Assembly (NCBI GenBank): GCA_043743835.1
Contig: JAYTVT010000032.1
Location: 7,599 to 71,598, forward strand
Length of the DNA: 64,000 nt
Direction of reading: 5' to 3'
Source: Betaproteobacteria bacterium
Lineage (GTDB): Bacteria > Pseudomonadota > Gammaproteobacteria > Burkholderiales > Burkholderiaceae_C
Shown here: piece by piece, positions 9,901 through 20,282 of the stretch
Numbering within the stretch: position 1 is the first letter of the stretch
Layout of the letters: each line of letters begins with the position of its first letter
Notes under the pieces: model-generated
The model's input: the letters and a program-made list of their open reading frames with translations, nothing else
The model's database searches: none
Told to the model about the DNA's origin: nothing
Made by a program: the position numbers and the translations under genes

Positions 9901-10884
9901 GTGAAAACGCACCTCTCTTTGCCCAGATACCTCTTGCTTTTGGCAACTTTGCTCGCGTCGCCGTGGGCGGCCTGGGCGCAGGCCGGCGCTTACCCCGACA
10001 AGCCCATCCGCTTCATCGTGCCTTACCCGCCGGGTGGCGGCACCGACGTGGTAGCCCGCATTGTGCAAGGCAAATTCCAGCAGGCGCTGGGCCAGCAGGT
10101 GGTGATCGAGAACAAGGGCGGCGCCGGTGGATCGGTGGGCACCGAGGCGGCTGCCAAGTCGGCCGCCGACGGCTACACCGTGCTGTTCACGCTGAGCTCG
10201 CACACCATCAACCCGGCCATCTTTGCCAAGCTCAATTTCGACACCGCGCGTGACTTTGAACCCGTGGGCACGGTGGCTTCTCTGCCGCAGATCTTGGTGG
10301 CCAACCCGCAGTTTGCAGCCAGCACCGTGGCCGAGATGACAGCGCTGGCCAAGGCCAAGCCCGGCACGGTGCAGTTTGCTTCGGTGGGCAATGGCTCACC
10401 GGGCCACTTGGCCGGTGAGCTGCAGGCCCTGCGCACGGGCGTTTCGCTCACACACATCCCTTACCGGGGCGGCGGCCCGGCTGTGACCGACACCATGGGC
10501 GGGCAGGTGTCCACGCTGTGGGTGTCCATTCCCGCCGCGGCGCAATTCGTCAAACAGGGCAAGCTCAAGGCGCTGGCGGTGTCCACGGTCAAGCGCAGCG
10601 CTGCTTTCCCGCAGGTGCCCACGATGCAGGAAGCCGGTGTGGCCGACTTCGAAGTGGACAGCTGGTACGCCATGTTTGTGCCAGCCAAGACGCCGCGTGC
10701 GGTGATCGACCGTTTGAACAAGGCGCTCAACGAGGTGGTGGCCGACGCCGAGGTGCGTGATCGCCTGCTGGCCCAAGGCGCCGAGGCCGTGGGCGGCACA
10801 CCCGAAGCGTTGGGCAAGGTGGTGGCAGCTGAATTGCCTAAGTGGGCCAAGCTGGCCAAAGACGCCAACATCAAGCCCGATTGA
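9901..10884 (+). CDS. Bug/TctC tripartite tricarboxylate transporter substrate-binding protein
   Basis: YPDKPIRFIVPYPPGGGTD, ENKGGAGG and HIPYRGGGPA motifs; GTG start after an AGGAG RBS. Confidence 0.93.
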   Translation: MKTHLSLPRYLLLLATLLASPWAAWAQAGAYPDKPIRFIVPYPPGGGTDVVARIVQGKFQQALGQQVVIENKGGAGGSVGTEAAAKSAADGYTVLFTLSSHTINPAIFAKLNFDTARDFEPVGTVASLPQILVANPQFAASTVAEMTALAKAKPGTVQFASVGNGSPGHLAGELQALRTGVSLTHIPYRGGGPAVTDTMGGQVSTLWVSIPAAAQFVKQGKLKALAVSTVKRSAAFPQVPTMQEAGVADFEVDSWYAMFVPAKTPRAVIDRLNKALNEVVADAEVRDRLLAQGAEAVGGTPEALGKVVAAELPKWAKLAKDANIKPD

Positions 10885-10900
10885 AGGCCTGCCCAACGCC

Positions 10901-12322
10901 ATGAAAGTCAGCAACAGCGAAGCCGGCAACACAGAAGCCCGCGCCACGGTGGCCGAGTTGGTGAAACGTGCACGCGCCGCCCAACGCATCGCCAACACCT
11001 ACGACCAAGCCCGCACCGACGAACTGGTGGCCGCTGCCGGCTGGGCCATCATCGAACCCCAGCGCAACCGCACGCTGGCCACGCTGGCCGTGGCCGACAC
11101 CGGCATTGGCGACGTGGAAGACAAGGTGCGCAAGAACCACCGCAAGACGCTGGGCCTGCTGCGCGACCTGGCCGGTGCCAAGACGGTGGGCGTCATTGCT
11201 GAAGACCGCGCGCGCGGCATCGTGGAAATTGCCCGGCCAGTGGGTGTGGTGTGTGCGGTGACGCCGTCCACCAACCCGGCGGCCACGCCGGCCAACAAGA
11301 TCATCAACGCGCTGAAGGCGCGCAACGCGGTCATCGTGGCGCCGTCGCCCAAAGGCTGGAGCAGCGCGGCCCGGCTGGTTGACTTCATCCACGAGCAGTT
11401 CCTGCGCATTGGCGCGCCGGCCGACCTGGTGCAGCTGCTGCCGTCGCCCGTGGACAAGGCGTCCACGCTGGAGCTGATGCGCCAGTGTGATCTGGTGGTG
11501 GCCACCGGCTCGCAAGCCAATGTGCGCGCGGCCTATGCCAGCGGCACGCCGGCCTTTGGCGTGGGCGCGGGCAATGTGGCCGGCATCGTCGACGAAACGG
11601 CCGATGTGGCGAAGGCGGCGGCGCACGTGCTGCGTTCCAAGACCTTTGACAACGCCACCAGCTGTTCGTCAGAGAACAGCCTGATCCTGGTGGGCGCGGC
11701 ACAAGAGCCCATGCTGGCAGCCCTGGCGTCGCTGGGCGCGGTGATGTTGGATGCCGCACAGAAGGCCCGCCTGCAGGCGTTGATGTGGCCGGACGGCAAG
11801 CTGTCTTCTGCCGCCATTGGCCAGTCGGCGGAGCGCATCTCGCAGCAAGCCGGTTTCGCGCTGGGTGCGCCACGCATCCTGATGGTGGAAGAAACGGGCG
11901 TGGGCGATGAGCACCCGTTTTCGGGCGAAAAACTCAGCCCCGTGTTGGCCATCTACCGCGTGGCCACGTTTGACGAAGCCGCACGTTTGGTTGAACGCAT
12001 CTACAACTTCCAGGGCGCTGGCCACTCGGTGGGCCTGCACACCACGCAGCCCCAACGCGCGCTGGCTTTGGGCCTGACACTGCCGGTCTCGCGGGTCATC
12101 GTCAACCAGGCGCACTGCATTGCCACCGGGGGCAGTTTTGACAACGGCTTGCCGTTCTCGTTGTCCATGGGCTGTGGCACCTGGGGCCGCAACAATTTTT
12201 CGGACAACATGACCGTGCGTCACTACATGAACGTCACGCGGGTCTCGCAGCCCATTGCCGAACAGGTGCCCAGCGAAGAACAGATCTTTGGCGCGTTCTT
12301 CAACAAATTTGGCCGCGCATGA
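10901..12322 (+). CDS. sauS: Acylating (CoA-dependent) aldehyde dehydrogenase, sulfoacetaldehyde dehydrogenase SauS-like
   Basis: TPSTNPAAT, ATGS, GVGAGN, KTFDNATSCSSEN, GEKLSPVL and SLSMGCGTWG motifs; followed by an acyl-CoA ligase as in sauST. Confidence 0.78.
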   Translation: MKVSNSEAGNTEARATVAELVKRARAAQRIANTYDQARTDELVAAAGWAIIEPQRNRTLATLAVADTGIGDVEDKVRKNHRKTLGLLRDLAGAKTVGVIAEDRARGIVEIARPVGVVCAVTPSTNPAATPANKIINALKARNAVIVAPSPKGWSSAARLVDFIHEQFLRIGAPADLVQLLPSPVDKASTLELMRQCDLVVATGSQANVRAAYASGTPAFGVGAGNVAGIVDETADVAKAAAHVLRSKTFDNATSCSSENSLILVGAAQEPMLAALASLGAVMLDAAQKARLQALMWPDGKLSSAAIGQSAERISQQAGFALGAPRILMVEETGVGDEHPFSGEKLSPVLAIYRVATFDEAARLVERIYNFQGAGHSVGLHTTQPQRALALGLTLPVSRVIVNQAHCIATGGSFDNGLPFSLSMGCGTWGRNNFSDNMTVRHYMNVTRVSQPIAEQVPSEEQIFGAFFNKFGRA

Positions 12323-12380
12323 TCGCGCCGAGTCGAATCCAGGCGCACAGCGCCAAGCCAGCAGTGGGAAAGGCCTGTTC

Positions 12381-13925
12381 GTGACCTCAACCACCGTCCG
12401 CGCGCTGCTGGATCAGCAGGCCTTGTTGCAACCGCAGGCACTGCTGGCGGTGGACACCGAGAGCGACGCTCAGTTGAGCTTTGGCGATCTGGCCGGGGCG
12501 CTGCCCGCGATGGACGCTTGGTTCACCCAAGCCGGCGCCGCAGCGGGCCAGACCGTGGCCGTGGTGATGCCCAACGGTTTGGGCACGCTGCGCTTGCTGT
12601 TGGGAGCCATGGCCAGCGGCCGTTGTGTGGTGCCGGTCAACCTGCTGTCACAGGCCGATGTGCTGCGCCATGTGCTGGACCACTCGGACTGCAGCGTGGT
12701 GGTCTGCGCACCTGACTGGACAGTGCGTGTGCAAGCGGCGCTGGACTTGATCGCGCGCCCTGTTGCCCTGCGCTGGGCAGACCCGCAAGCGTTGACGCTG
12801 GAAGGCGAGCAAGCCCATACGCCAAACAGGCCAACCACACCAACTACGTCTAGCGTGCCCAGCCCGCAGCCCGGCGACCCCGCGCTGCTGATGTACACCT
12901 CGGGCACCACCGGTCAGCCCAAGGGCGTGCAGCTCACCCACGCCCAGCTTTGCGCCAATGCGCTGGCCATTGCCGCCGAACACCAGCTGAGCTCCACCGA
13001 CCGCGTGTTGGGTGTGCTGCCGCTGTACCACATCAACGCTTTTGTGGTGACCATGCTCACGCCCTTGGCCACCGGTGGCAGCGTGGCCATGGCGCCGCGC
13101 TTTTCGGCCGCGCGTTTTTGGGCCCAGGCACAGGACCGCTACTGCACCTGGCTCAACGTGGTGCCCACCATCGTTTCGTTTTTGCTCGAAGGCCCCGCGC
13201 CGCCGCGCGAGCAGGTCGCCCGCTTGCGCTTTTGTCGCTCAGCCTCAGCCGCATTGCCGGTAGACCACCTGCATGCCTTTGAAGAGCGCTTTGGCATCGG
13301 CATTGTCGAGACCATGGGCCTGACCGAAACCGCAGCGCCGGCGTTTTCCAATCCGCTGGACCCTGCGCTGCGCAAGCCCGGTGCGGTGGGCCGCGCTTCG
13401 GGCTGCGAGGCCCGTGTGGTGGACGCGCAGACCCTGCTGCCACTGCCCGATGGCACCACCGGCGAAATCACCATCCGTGGCCCGCAGGTCATGCGCGGCT
13501 ACTACAAAGACCCGCAGGCCACCAAGGCGGCCTTCACGCTGGACGGTTGGTTGCGCACCGGTGATCTGGGTCGGCGCGACAGCGACGGCTTCTTCTTTGT
13601 GACGGGCCGCATCAAGGAACTGATCATCAAGGGCGGCGAAAACATCGCGCCGCGGGAAATTGACGAAGCGCTGCTGCGCCACCCCGACGTGCAAGACGCT
13701 GCCGTGGTGGGCATCCCCGACCGCCACTACGGCCAGGAGATCATGGCCTGCGTGGTGCTGCGCGCTGGCGCACAGGCCAATGAGGCGCAGTTGCTGGCGT
13801 TTTGCGAAGCCCAGCTAGGGCGCTACAAGACGCCCAAGGTGCTGCGCCTGGTCAGCGACCTGCCGCGTGGCCCTTCGGGCAAGGTGCAGCGGCTGAAGTT
13901 GCGCGACCTGGCGCCGCCCGGCTGA
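12381..13925 (+). CDS. sauT: AMP-forming acyl-CoA ligase, sulfoacetate-CoA ligase SauT-like
   Basis: YTSGTTGQPKG, MGLTET, LRTGDLG and GRIKELIIKGGENI motifs. GTG start at 12381 is chosen; the specific assignment relies on adjacency to sauS. Confidence 0.7.
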   Translation: MTSTTVRALLDQQALLQPQALLAVDTESDAQLSFGDLAGALPAMDAWFTQAGAAAGQTVAVVMPNGLGTLRLLLGAMASGRCVVPVNLLSQADVLRHVLDHSDCSVVVCAPDWTVRVQAALDLIARPVALRWADPQALTLEGEQAHTPNRPTTPTTSSVPSPQPGDPALLMYTSGTTGQPKGVQLTHAQLCANALAIAAEHQLSSTDRVLGVLPLYHINAFVVTMLTPLATGGSVAMAPRFSAARFWAQAQDRYCTWLNVVPTIVSFLLEGPAPPREQVARLRFCRSASAALPVDHLHAFEERFGIGIVETMGLTETAAPAFSNPLDPALRKPGAVGRASGCEARVVDAQTLLPLPDGTTGEITIRGPQVMRGYYKDPQATKAAFTLDGWLRTGDLGRRDSDGFFFVTGRIKELIIKGGENIAPREIDEALLRHPDVQDAAVVGIPDRHYGQEIMACVVLRAGAQANEAQLLAFCEAQLGRYKTPKVLRLVSDLPRGPSGKVQRLKLRDLAPPG

Positions 13926-13943
13926 AGAAGGCGCTTCAGCCGG
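13918..13943. terminator. Hairpin spanning the stop codons of convergent sauT and ligC (candidate bidirectional terminator)
   Basis: CCGGCTGAAG-N6-CTTCAGCCGG perfect 10-bp stem; no clear U-tract. Confidence 0.45.
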
Positions 13944-14892
13944 CGCTGGCCAGTTGTTGCTCCAACTGGTGCAGCACCTGGTAGCACGGCAGCACCTGCG
14001 CCACGCTGGCCCGGGGTTCGCGGCCTTCACGGATGGCGGCGAAGAACTCGCGGTCTTGCAACTCAATGCCGTTCATGGACACGTCCACCTGGCTCACATC
14101 AATGCGCTCGTCTTTGCCATTGAACAGGTCGTCATAACGCGCGATGTAGGTGCCGCTGTCGCCGATGTAGCGGAAGAACGTTCCCAGTGGCCCGTCGTTG
14201 TTGAAGCTGAGCGACAAGGTGCAGATCGCGCCCGTGCTGGCCTTGAGCTGGATGCTCATGTCCATCGCAATGCCCAGGGTGGGGTGGATGGGGCCTTGCA
14301 GGGCGTTGGCTTGCACGATCTCGCCACCGCTCTGGTGGCGAAACAGGTCGACCGTGTGCGCGGCGTGGTGCCACAGCAGGTGGTCGGTCCAGCTGCGCGC
14401 CTGGCCCAGCGCGTTCATGTTGCTGCGGCGGAAGAAGTAGGTTTGCACGTCCATCTGCTGGACCTTGAATTGACCCGCCAGCACCCTCTGGTGCACCCAT
14501 TGATGGCTGGGGTTGAAGCGGCGCGTGTGGCCGCACATGGCCACCAGGCCGCTGCTCTGGGCCAGGGCGGCAACGTCCTGGGCGTCCCTCCAGCTGTCGG
14601 CCAAAGGGATCTCCACCTGCACGTGTTTGCCGGCCTTCAAGCAGGCGATGGACTGTGAGGCGTGCATCTGCGTGGGCGTGCACAGGATGACGGCGTCCAG
14701 TTCTTTCAGCGCCAGACTGTCGGCCAGATCGGTGGTGACGTGGGCGATGCCGTACTTGTCGGCCACTTCCTGGGTCTTGGCCAGGTCGCGGCTGATCAGA
14801 GACACCACCTTGACGCCGTCAATTAAGTTGATCGCGTCCAGGTGTTTGATGCCAAAGGCGCCGGCGCCGGCCAGGGCTACGTTGATCGTCAT
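13936..14892 (-). CDS. ligC: 4-carboxy-2-hydroxymuconate-6-semialdehyde dehydrogenase
   Basis: Gfo/Idh/MocA fold, GAGAFG, KHVQVEIP, RSWTDHLLWHHAAHTVD; downstream of ligAB. Confidence 0.92.
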   Translation of the reverse strand: MTINVALAGAGAFGIKHLDAINLIDGVKVVSLISRDLAKTQEVADKYGIAHVTTDLADSLALKELDAVILCTPTQMHASQSIACLKAGKHVQVEIPLADSWRDAQDVAALAQSSGLVAMCGHTRRFNPSHQWVHQRVLAGQFKVQQMDVQTYFFRRSNMNALGQARSWTDHLLWHHAAHTVDLFRHQSGGEIVQANALQGPIHPTLGIAMDMSIQLKASTGAICTLSLSFNNDGPLGTFFRYIGDSGTYIARYDDLFNGKDERIDVSQVDVSMNGIELQDREFFAAIREGREPRASVAQVLPCYQVLHQLEQQLASAG

Positions 14893-14893
14893 G

Positions 14894-15889
<996 letters not shown>

Positions 15890-16330
15890 TCATGTCAATG
15901 TCCCCCCACCGCTGCCTTGCGGCTGGTGTTGCGGTTGGGCGCTGCCATCTTCGCCCTTGAATCGGTTGCCCTGAATCGAGCGGCCGCCCTTGATCATCAT
16001 GTCGCGGTATTCCTCTTCGCTCATGCCGGTCATGCTGCCGGCCATCTGCTGAAAACTCTTGCCCAGCGTGGCACCGATCTTGGCCAGAAAGTAGATGTTG
16101 CCGCCGGTCGCGATGCAGTGGTTGAGGTCGCGCGCCAGCACGGCCTGCTTTTGCTCTTCGCTCATCGGCCACTCGTCCAGGTAGGCGCGCATGTCGGCCT
16201 TGAAGCGTTCGCGGTTGGCGGCCTGCATCAGGCTCATGCAGAACTGGTTCAGGTGGTAGCCCTTGCGGCTTTGCTCGGCGTCGAAGATGGTGGTGCCGGG
16301 CACGTCAAGGTATGGTTTGTCCAGGGGCAT
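15890..16330 (-). CDS. ligA: Protocatechuate 4,5-dioxygenase alpha subunit
   Basis: DVPGTTIFDAEQSRKGYHLNQFCMSL and GGNIYFLAKIGA motifs. Confidence 0.95.
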   Translation of the reverse strand: MPLDKPYLDVPGTTIFDAEQSRKGYHLNQFCMSLMQAANRERFKADMRAYLDEWPMSEEQKQAVLARDLNHCIATGGNIYFLAKIGATLGKSFQQMAGSMTGMSEEEYRDMMIKGGRSIQGNRFKGEDGSAQPQHQPQGSGGGTLT

Positions 16331-16370
16331 GGGCTGGTGTCCTTCAGGGGGCTGCGGGGTCGGCGTGGGC

Positions 16371-18098
16371 TCAGGGCTGGCTGCAGCTGAAGCTGGCCGC
16401 GTCGTCCAGCGAGCCGCTGCCCTTGTAGCGTGTCACCTGCGGCCAGGGGCACAGTGCGCGGCTGCGGCCAGCGGCCCAGTCGGACGGCAGCTCGGCGTTG
16501 GCGCCACCAGCAGCACCTGGGCCACGAGCGCGCGCGGGCAAGGTGGCAGGGGCTTCGCCATGCTCAACCCAGCGCACCAGCGGCGTCAACGCGTCAAACT
16601 GGTCGGTGGCGGGGCCGCCACCGCAATGCGCCATACCTGGTACGGGGAAGTAGCGCGCAAAGTCGGCGCCGCCGCCGCCCAGCGCACGGTCGAGGCGCTG
16701 CATATAGGCCACGGTGTCGTCGGCCGAAAAGATGGCGTCGCCAACGCCGTGAAACAGCAGCATCTTGGCACCACGTGCACGCAGCGGTGCCAGGTTGACC
16801 GGGTTGTCGTTGCCCGGCGGTGTGATCACGCTGCTGGCCGACGCGGTGAAGGCCGCGTCGGTGGCGAAGATGGCTTGGTAGCCGTCTTCAATGTCCACCT
16901 TGAACGGGTCGAGCGAGCGCGGTGGCGTCATGAAGATGTAGCCAGCTGCGGGGTCGAGCACCTGCGAGTTGACAAACTTCCACTGCGCCCAGTTGGCCGC
17001 GGCGATGCCGGTGTCCCACGGAAAGCTGCTGTAGATGGTTTGACCGCTGGGGGTTTTGCCGCCGGTGAAGACGGCCGCAAGCAGGCGCTTCTGGGCCGGG
17101 CTCAGACACTGGCCGTTGCGCTCGGCGCTGCAGGTGGGCACGTCGCGCTCCAGGTTGAACTGTGCCTGGCAGGCTGCGGTGTGGGCAACGATGCCGTCGG
17201 CCGCGCCGTCCAGGGCGTCGCAGCGTTGCAGCACCGCGCGCGCCACGGTTTGGCGCTCGGCGGCGGTGAGCGCTGAGCCCAGGTCTGGCATGCGCGCCGC
17301 CGGGTTGAACGGGTGCGCCGTGGTGGCGCCGGGTGTGGCCAGGGCCTGCCACTGCGGTGCGGCCCACAGCTGCGCCAGTGCGGCGTTGGGCAGGCGGTAG
17401 CCCGGTGCGCCCACCAGATAGCCGTCGTAGGCGTCGCCGTGGCGTGCCGCCGCCACCAGGGCGTGGCGGCCACCGTTGGAACAGCCGCCGATGTAAGACC
17501 GATCAGGCTGCTTGCCATAGGCGGTGCTGATCAGCGCCTTGGCCATGGGTGTGAGCGTGCCCACGGCTTGGTAGCCATAGTCGGCGCGGGCCTGGGGGTC
17601 GGCACCAAAGCGCGGATTTTGGCGGCCGGTGTGGCCGGCATCAGAGCTGATGACGGCAAAGCCCTGGGCCAGTGCGCCGGTGATGGGGCCACCGCCCAAA
17701 GCGCCTTGTGCAGGCTGCACCACACCGTCAATGCCACCGTTGGCCTGGTAGAAGAAACGGCCGTTCCAGGCTTGTGGCAGGCGCATCTCGAAGCCGATGG
17801 CGTAGTCCTGGCCGTCGCTGCCCTTGCGCGGGTTCATCTGGCCTTTCACCAGGCAGTGCGCGGGCGCTGCGGGGCCACCCGGCACCACGGCGCCTGCGGC
17901 CACGGTGGCGGCGCTGAGCAGCTGGGTCTGCGCAAACTGGAACTGCGCCGCCAGCGTGTCGCAGCCGCGCAGCGCGGCGCCGGCGGCGGCGCTCAGGCGC
18001 GCTGATGTGGCCGGCTGCGGTGCGTGGGCACAGGCGGCCAGCAAGCCCAGCACGGCGCTTGCCAGCGTGGTGACTTTGAGAACTTCAGAAATGGCCAT
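16371..18098 (-). CDS. Tannase/feruloyl-esterase family alpha/beta hydrolase, predicted lipoprotein
   Basis: Lipobox LLAAC; WNGRF; nucleophile GGCSNGG; acid HGVGDA; GMAHCGGG (CS-D-HC motif). Confidence 0.9.
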   Translation of the reverse strand: MAISEVLKVTTLASAVLGLLAACAHAPQPATSARLSAAAGAALRGCDTLAAQFQFAQTQLLSAATVAAGAVVPGGPAAPAHCLVKGQMNPRKGSDGQDYAIGFEMRLPQAWNGRFFYQANGGIDGVVQPAQGALGGGPITGALAQGFAVISSDAGHTGRQNPRFGADPQARADYGYQAVGTLTPMAKALISTAYGKQPDRSYIGGCSNGGRHALVAAARHGDAYDGYLVGAPGYRLPNAALAQLWAAPQWQALATPGATTAHPFNPAARMPDLGSALTAAERQTVARAVLQRCDALDGAADGIVAHTAACQAQFNLERDVPTCSAERNGQCLSPAQKRLLAAVFTGGKTPSGQTIYSSFPWDTGIAAANWAQWKFVNSQVLDPAAGYIFMTPPRSLDPFKVDIEDGYQAIFATDAAFTASASSVITPPGNDNPVNLAPLRARGAKMLLFHGVGDAIFSADDTVAYMQRLDRALGGGGADFARYFPVPGMAHCGGGPATDQFDALTPLVRWVEHGEAPATLPARARGPGAAGGANAELPSDWAAGRSRALCPWPQVTRYKGSGSLDDAASFSCSQP

Positions 18099-18164
18099 GG
18101 GGGTCTCCTGGGGATTTGTTGTGACGGCGCTGGCGCAGCGCGCGCAAGGTGTGCAGGCAGTGAC

Positions 18165-19094
18165 TCAGGCCTCTTCGGGCCAGTACAGACGCATGGGGTT
18201 GCTCACCAGCAGTTTGCGCTGCAGTTCGGGCGTCACGGCGATGTGCGGGATGAAGTCCACCAGCAGGCCGTCATCGGGCATGTGGTCTTTCAGGTTGGGG
18301 TGCGGCCAGTCGGTGCCCCACAGCACACGGTCGGGAAACTGTTCGACGATGCGGCGCGCAAAAGGCACCACGTCGCGGTAGGCCGCTTGTTCACCGTTCA
18401 GCGCGCGCGGGCCGGTGAGGCTCAGCCGCTCGGGGCAGCTGACCTTGCTCCACACGTTGTGGTGCTGCGCCATGAACTTCTGGAACAGCGCAAATTCGGG
18501 CCCGTCCACGGGCTGGCTCACGTCGGGCCTGCCCATGTGGTCCACCACCACGGTGGTGCCGATGTCGTTGTGAACTGCGGTGAAAAAGTCCCACAGCTCG
18601 GGCAGGTCCACCGCTTCGAAGTAGATGACCACATGCCAGCCCAAGGCCTTGATGCGGCCGGCGATTTCGAGCAGTTCGTCCTTGGGCGTGAAGTCGACCA
18701 GCCGCTTGACGAAGTTGAAGCGCACGCCGCGCACGCCAGCTGTGTGCAGGTCTTCCAGCTCGCGGTCGGTGACGCTGCGCTTGACGGTGGCCACGCCGCG
18801 CGCCTTGCCGCCACTGCTGGCGCAAGCCTCCATCATCGCGCGGTTGTCAGCGCCGTGGCAGGTGGCCTGCACGATGACGTTGCGCGCAAAGCCCAGGTGG
18901 TCGCGCAGCGCAAAGAGCTGCTGCTTGCTGGCATCGCAGGGCGTGTACTTGCGCTCGGGTGCAAAGGGAAAGGTGTCGGCGGGGCCAAAGACGTGGCAGT
19001 GTGCGTCCACGCTGCCTGGGGGCAACTGGAAGCGGGGTTTGGCAGGGCCGGCGTACCAGTCCAGCCAGCCTGGGGTTTTGGTGGGTGTGGTCAT
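18165..19094 (-). CDS. ligI: 2-pyrone-4,6-dicarboxylate lactonase
   Basis: DAHCHVFGP, RFNFVKRL, DHMGRP and LWGTDWPHPN amidohydrolase motifs. Confidence 0.93.
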   Translation of the reverse strand: MTTPTKTPGWLDWYAGPAKPRFQLPPGSVDAHCHVFGPADTFPFAPERKYTPCDASKQQLFALRDHLGFARNVIVQATCHGADNRAMMEACASSGGKARGVATVKRSVTDRELEDLHTAGVRGVRFNFVKRLVDFTPKDELLEIAGRIKALGWHVVIYFEAVDLPELWDFFTAVHNDIGTTVVVDHMGRPDVSQPVDGPEFALFQKFMAQHHNVWSKVSCPERLSLTGPRALNGEQAAYRDVVPFARRIVEQFPDRVLWGTDWPHPNLKDHMPDDGLLVDFIPHIAVTPELQRKLLVSNPMRLYWPEEA

Positions 19095-19103
19095 GGCAGG
19101 TGA

Positions 19104-20282
19104 TCAGGCGTTTTCAAAAGGCATGCCGGCGTACTGCTCGGCCAGTGCTGCTTGTGCGTGGGGAGATGACTTCAGGTAGTCCAGCTCGCTCTCTTGCGCG
19201 CGTTGGTCGAACTCGGTGCTGGTGGGGAAACGGTGCAGCAGGTTGGTCAGGTACCACGAGGTGCGTACCGAGCTCCACACGCGGCGCAGTGCCATGGCGC
19301 TGTAGCTGTCGATCAGGGCGTCGCTGCCGTTTTGGTAGTGGGCCGACAGCGCGCGCGCCAGGTAGAACACGTCGGACACCGCCAGGTTCAGGCCCTTGGC
19401 GCCGGTGGGCGGCACGATGTGGGCCGCGTCGCCGCACAAGAACAACTGGCCATGGCGCATGGGCTCGGCCACGAAGCTGCGCAAGGGCGCGATGGACTTT
19501 TCGATGGAGGGCCCGGTCTGGATACGGGTCGCGATGTCGGCCGGGAAGCGTGCGGTCAGCTCGCTCCAGAAGCGGTCGTCGGACCAGTCCTCGACCTTGT
19601 CGTCCAGCGGCACCTGCACGTAGTAGCGGCTGAGCGTGCTGCTGCGCATGGACGCCAGCGCAAAGCCGCGCGGGTGGTTGGCGTAGGTCACGTCGGGCAG
19701 CGGTGCGGTGCGCGACAGGATGCCCAGCCAGCCGAAGGGGTAAGCCTTCTCAAATTCGCGCAGGTGGGTGGCCGGGATGGCCTTGCGGCTGACACCATGA
19801 AAGCCGTCGCAGCCGGCGATGTAATCGCAGTCCAGCCGCAGGTCTTCGCCGTTGTGGCGAAACAGCACGTGGGGCTGGGCACCGGCCACATCCATCAGTT
19901 GCACCTGGGTGGCTTCGGTCAGCACCGTGGCGCCGCGGCGGTCGGCGGCGGCAAAGAGGTCTTCCTGGATCTGTGTCTGGCCATAGGCCATGAAGCGCTT
20001 GCCCAGGTGCTTTTGGCAGTCGATGTAGAAGCTGTCGCGGCCGGCCCAGACGATGCGCATGCCGTCGTGCGCGTGGCCCTGGGCGTCCATGCGTTCGCCC
20101 AGGCCATTGGCACGCAGCACGTCCACCGTGGTTTGCTCGAGCACGCCGGCGCGGATGCGCGCCAGCACGTAGTCGCGGCTGCGTGCTTCCAGCACCACGC
20201 TGCTCACGCCTTGGCGGTGCAGCAGTTCGGACAGCAGCAGGCCCGCAGGGCCGGCGCCGATGATGGCAACTTGGGTCTTCAT
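19104..20282 (-). CDS. pobA: 4-hydroxybenzoate 3-monooxygenase
   Basis: MKTQVAIIGAGPAG, RIRAGVLEQ, GCDGFHG and GDAAHIVPPTGAKGLN motifs. Confidence 0.9.
   Translation of the reverse strand: MKTQVAIIGAGPAGLLLSELLHRQGVSSVVLEARSRDYVLARIRAGVLEQTTVDVLRANGLGERMDAQGHAHDGMRIVWAGRDSFYIDCQKHLGKRFMAYGQTQIQEDLFAAADRRGATVLTEATQVQLMDVAGAQPHVLFRHNGEDLRLDCDYIAGCDGFHGVSRKAIPATHLREFEKAYPFGWLGILSRTAPLPDVTYANHPRGFALASMRSSTLSRYYVQVPLDDKVEDWSDDRFWSELTARFPADIATRIQTGPSIEKSIAPLRSFVAEPMRHGQLFLCGDAAHIVPPTGAKGLNLAVSDVFYLARALSAHYQNGSDALIDSYSAMALRRVWSSVRTSWYLTNLLHRFPTSTEFDQRAQESELDYLKSSPHAQAALAEQYAGMPFENA

Noticed and set aside
16371-18098. Calling the esterase a MHETase (PET degradation)
   Set aside because: Same family, but I could not see the MHETase lid segment, and no terephthalate or PETase genes are in the window.
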